Positions 61,334 through 64,000 of a DNA stretch of 64,000 nt are shown here, one piece after another. The stretch is from an uncultured bacterium. GTDB lineage: Bacteria; Desulfobacterota_D; UBA1144; Nemesobacterales; UBA2774. A program made the translations under genes and the position numbers. The stretch spans positions 896,001 through 960,000 of the forward strand of contig CAWGRW010000009.1 of NCBI GenBank assembly GCA_963825135.1, given 5' to 3'. Position 1 is the stretch's first letter. Each line of letters starts with the position of its first letter. The notes beneath the pieces were generated by a model that searched no databases, was not told the origin of the DNA, and saw only the letters and a program-made list of their open reading frames with translations.

Positions 61334-63628
61334 ATGTCTCCTAAAACCAAATTGAAAGAACCAAGACAGGTTTCCTCCGGTGTTAAGCGGAGGAAACTTG
61401 TCGACCGTATTGCAACCGGTGTCGTCGCAGTCGGAGGGATAGCGATAATATTATGTATTATAGCGATTCTCGTATTCATAGGGATCGAAACTATTCCCCT
61501 CTGGCAGGGAGTAAAGTCAGAGCTCGTAAGCTCATTTGTTCTGAAGGAATCCCCTGATCTCGCCTCCTACTCTCTCGACAGTCCTGACGAGAAACAGTTT
61601 CCGTTCCTCGCGGCGGGGACCGAACAATATAAAGAAATAGGCTTCATAGTCGCAAACGACGGAACAGTCGTCTTTTTATCTCTTAAAGACGGACGCACGA
61701 TAAAAAAAGTGCAGCTGCCGGGGCTTGAGGGCACAAAAATAATTTCGAGCTACGTGTCCGAGAACAATAAATTATATAGTTTCGGAACCGAAAACGGTAA
61801 GATTGTGCCGGTTCAGATGAGCTACTCGGCTGTCTTCGAAGGCGATAACAGAATCATCACGCCTAACGTCAAGGAAGAAGATGCCGTCACCATTGGATCT
61901 TCACCGCTCGTCGCGGTCGCCTACGAAGAAGACGATGACGGGAACAATACGGCAGTCGCTTATACGTCCGAAGGGCGCCTCATCTTATCCGCGATGGCCG
62001 AATCCGGCGGACTGCTCGGAGGGGGAGAAAAAACACAGGTCACCAGCGATCTGACGGATAAGCTCGAAGGCAACAAGGTGACCGCGCTAGAAATCGACCG
62101 TTCTCTGGACGACCTCTATGTAGGGACAAACAACGGGAAGCTGTATCACTTTGATGTCCGGGATAAAGAGAATCCCGTGCTTCTGGACGCTCTCGGCGTT
62201 TCTCGTAACTCAAATACCCCGGTTACAGCGCTCGCGTTCCTTCTGGGAGACCGGTCTCTCATCGTGGGCGACGGCGCAGGAGACGTATCCGTCTGGTTCG
62301 AAGTCTCCGATCCGGATTCCCCGCGGGGTAAGATTCTAAAAAGGATCCACGAGCTCCCTCCCATGGAGCTTCCCGTAACAAATATTATTGCATCCACCCG
62401 GGATCGCGGGTTCATAGCCGCTGACAACGGCGGCAATATAAATCTCTATCACGCTACGTCCGAAAGGAAACTCAAATCGTTCAAGACAGACGGCCCAGTA
62501 AGGACTCTCGCTTATCCCCCCAAAGCCGACGGAATAATCGCCGTTGATCAGAAGGGAAAACTTTATGACTGGAATGTTAATAACCCGCACCCCGAAACAA
62601 GCCTGCAAACCCTTTTCGGAAAGGTCTGGTATGAGGGCTACAGCAAGCCTGAATACGTATGGCAGTCAACCGGGGGCACCGATGACTTTGAGCCGAAGTT
62701 CAGCCTCACGCCCCTGGCATACGGCACATTGAAAGGTGCCATCTACGCACTGCTCTTCGCAATACCCTTGTCCATATTCGCGGCCTTGTGCGTGTCTCAA
62801 TTTATGCACCCGACGCTCAGGAACACGATTAAGCCCGTAATAGAGGTGATGGCCGCGCTTCCGAGCGTTGTGCTGGGGTTCTTCGCGGGTCTCTGGCTTG
62901 CGCCGATCATTGAAAAATTTATCCCCGCGCTTTTTATCATGCCCATCGTTCTCACTATATTCACATTGACAACGGTCTTAGTCTGGCAGTACCTGCCCAG
63001 AAGCATAAAGGGCAGGTTCAAGGAAGGCTCAGAGCTCTTCTTCCTGGTCCCGGTAATACTGCTCGGTATTTTAGTGGCTCTGTGGCTAAACGCCCCAATA
63101 GAGAAGCTGATATTCGGCGGGGAATACAAGGCGTGGTTTTATAACGTGCTGGGTCTTCAGTATGACCAGAGAAATTCGTTGATCGTAGGGTTCGCGATGG
63201 GATTTGCAGTGATACCTATAATATTCACGATTTCTGAAGACGCCCTGTCGAGCGTGCCCAACCATCTCACGGCGGGCTCGCTGGCGCTCGGAGCGAACAG
63301 CTGGCAGACGGCCATTCGTGTGGTGCTTCCGACGGCTAGCCCCGGGATATTCTCGGCTGTCATGATAGGCCTGGGGAGAGCGATCGGAGAGACGATGATA
63401 GTGCTCATGGCCACGGGAAACACGCCCATAATGGACTGGAGCCTGTTCAATGGATTTCGCGCACTCTCCGCAAACATAGCCGTGGAAATACCCGAAGCCC
63501 CGTACGGCGGGACGCTCTACAGGATACTATTCCTGGCGGCGCTCCTCCTCTTCTTCTTTACTTTTATTATTAATACGGCTGCGGAGCTGGTAAGGCAGAG
63601 GCTCAGAAAGAAGTACGGTCAGTTATAA
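61334..63628 (+). CDS. pstC: phosphate ABC transporter permease PstC (long form with beta-propeller domain)
   Basis: WQSTGGTDDFEPKFSL, AALPSVVLG, EDALSSVP, GRAIGETMIVLMATGN. Confidence 0.9.
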   Translation: MSPKTKLKEPRQVSSGVKRRKLVDRIATGVVAVGGIAIILCIIAILVFIGIETIPLWQGVKSELVSSFVLKESPDLASYSLDSPDEKQFPFLAAGTEQYKEIGFIVANDGTVVFLSLKDGRTIKKVQLPGLEGTKIISSYVSENNKLYSFGTENGKIVPVQMSYSAVFEGDNRIITPNVKEEDAVTIGSSPLVAVAYEEDDDGNNTAVAYTSEGRLILSAMAESGGLLGGGEKTQVTSDLTDKLEGNKVTALEIDRSLDDLYVGTNNGKLYHFDVRDKENPVLLDALGVSRNSNTPVTALAFLLGDRSLIVGDGAGDVSVWFEVSDPDSPRGKILKRIHELPPMELPVTNIIASTRDRGFIAADNGGNINLYHATSERKLKSFKTDGPVRTLAYPPKADGIIAVDQKGKLYDWNVNNPHPETSLQTLFGKVWYEGYSKPEYVWQSTGGTDDFEPKFSLTPLAYGTLKGAIYALLFAIPLSIFAALCVSQFMHPTLRNTIKPVIEVMAALPSVVLGFFAGLWLAPIIEKFIPALFIMPIVLTIFTLTTVLVWQYLPRSIKGRFKEGSELFFLVPVILLGILVALWLNAPIEKLIFGGEYKAWFYNVLGLQYDQRNSLIVGFAMGFAVIPIIFTISEDALSSVPNHLTAGSLALGANSWQTAIRVVLPTASPGIFSAVMIGLGRAIGETMIVLMATGNTPIMDWSLFNGFRALSANIAVEIPEAPYGGTLYRILFLAALLLFFFTFIINTAAELVRQRLRKKYGQL

Positions 63629-63675
63629 ATTATTTTGATCAAATTGATGCAACCGAATCCATAGAGGCAGAGCAA

Positions 63676-64000
63676 ATGAATAAATTCTGGAAAAGCGGTG
63701 ATCCTTTCGTATGGCTTTCGGGCGTCGCCCTGATGTTCTGTCTCCTTATGATCGCAGGTCTCCTTTATCTCATAGCGGCCAAGGGCCTCGGGTTTTTTTG
63801 GCCCGCCGACCTGGCTCAGCTTGACCTTAAGGACGGCTCCAAGCTCCTGGGTGTAATTACCAGCCATGAAAAGGTAAGGGGTTATAATGCCGGACCCGAG
63901 GCTCCTGAAATATACAGGACGCAGCTCAAGATAGGGAACAGGGATCTATACGGCCTCGATTTCAAATGGGTGGATGACGACCAGATAGAAAAGATTACCC
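63676..64000 (+). CDS. pstA: phosphate ABC transporter permease PstA (5' part, truncated by window)
   Basis: MNKFWKSGDPFVWLSG..KGLGFFWP..LKIGNRDLYGLDFKWV, N-terminus of long-form PstA; open to the window end. Confidence 0.82.
   Translation, partial: MNKFWKSGDPFVWLSGVALMFCLLMIAGLLYLIAAKGLGFFWPADLAQLDLKDGSKLLGVITSHEKVRGYNAGPEAPEIYRTQLKIGNRDLYGLDFKWVDDDQIEKIT

Noticed and set aside
61334..63628. Unusually long PstC with a beta-propeller insert
   Set aside because: This long form of PstC/PstA is already known from Pseudomonas-type pst operons.

Overview
This is a bacterial core-chromosome segment, mostly housekeeping genes, with AGG/AGA/ATA-rich codon usage. The deltaproteobacteria-like gene set with exosortase H tentatively suggests Candidatus Dadabacteria / Desulfobacterota; that is inference only. 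Genes include gap-pgk-fbaB, argC, iscS-like, oxyR/katG, pheT-ihfA-DUF502-tilS, a beta-oxidation pair, bcp, argH, clcA, gshA, purB, dapL, mnmE, pabBC, a FadF-like Fe-S oxidoreductase, xrtH, radC, groES-groEL, mutS, hisC-tyrA, gntK and pstS-pstC-pstA (pstA truncated). I found no tRNA, rRNA, CRISPR array, IS element or prophage. The clearest non-coding signals are: a perfect parS palindrome fused to a DnaA-box cluster right after mnmE (candidate oriC with no dnaA or mnmG next to it); a c-di-GMP-I riboswitch upstream of an SLT-SPOR lytic transglycosylase; a near-perfect OxyR box before a katG with foreign-looking codons; a TetR operator; and 11-bp-phased Pho-like boxes. The best candidates for undescribed biology are: an HExxH intramembrane-protease-like gene abutting the exosortase H pair, next to the riboswitch-controlled transglycosylase; a Dsb oxidoreductase with three tandem DsbC-N-like modules; a tandem AhpD-like protein lacking the relay His; and a tiny unannotated lipoprotein-like ORF. 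Five genes carry single-base frameshifts that are probably assembly errors.
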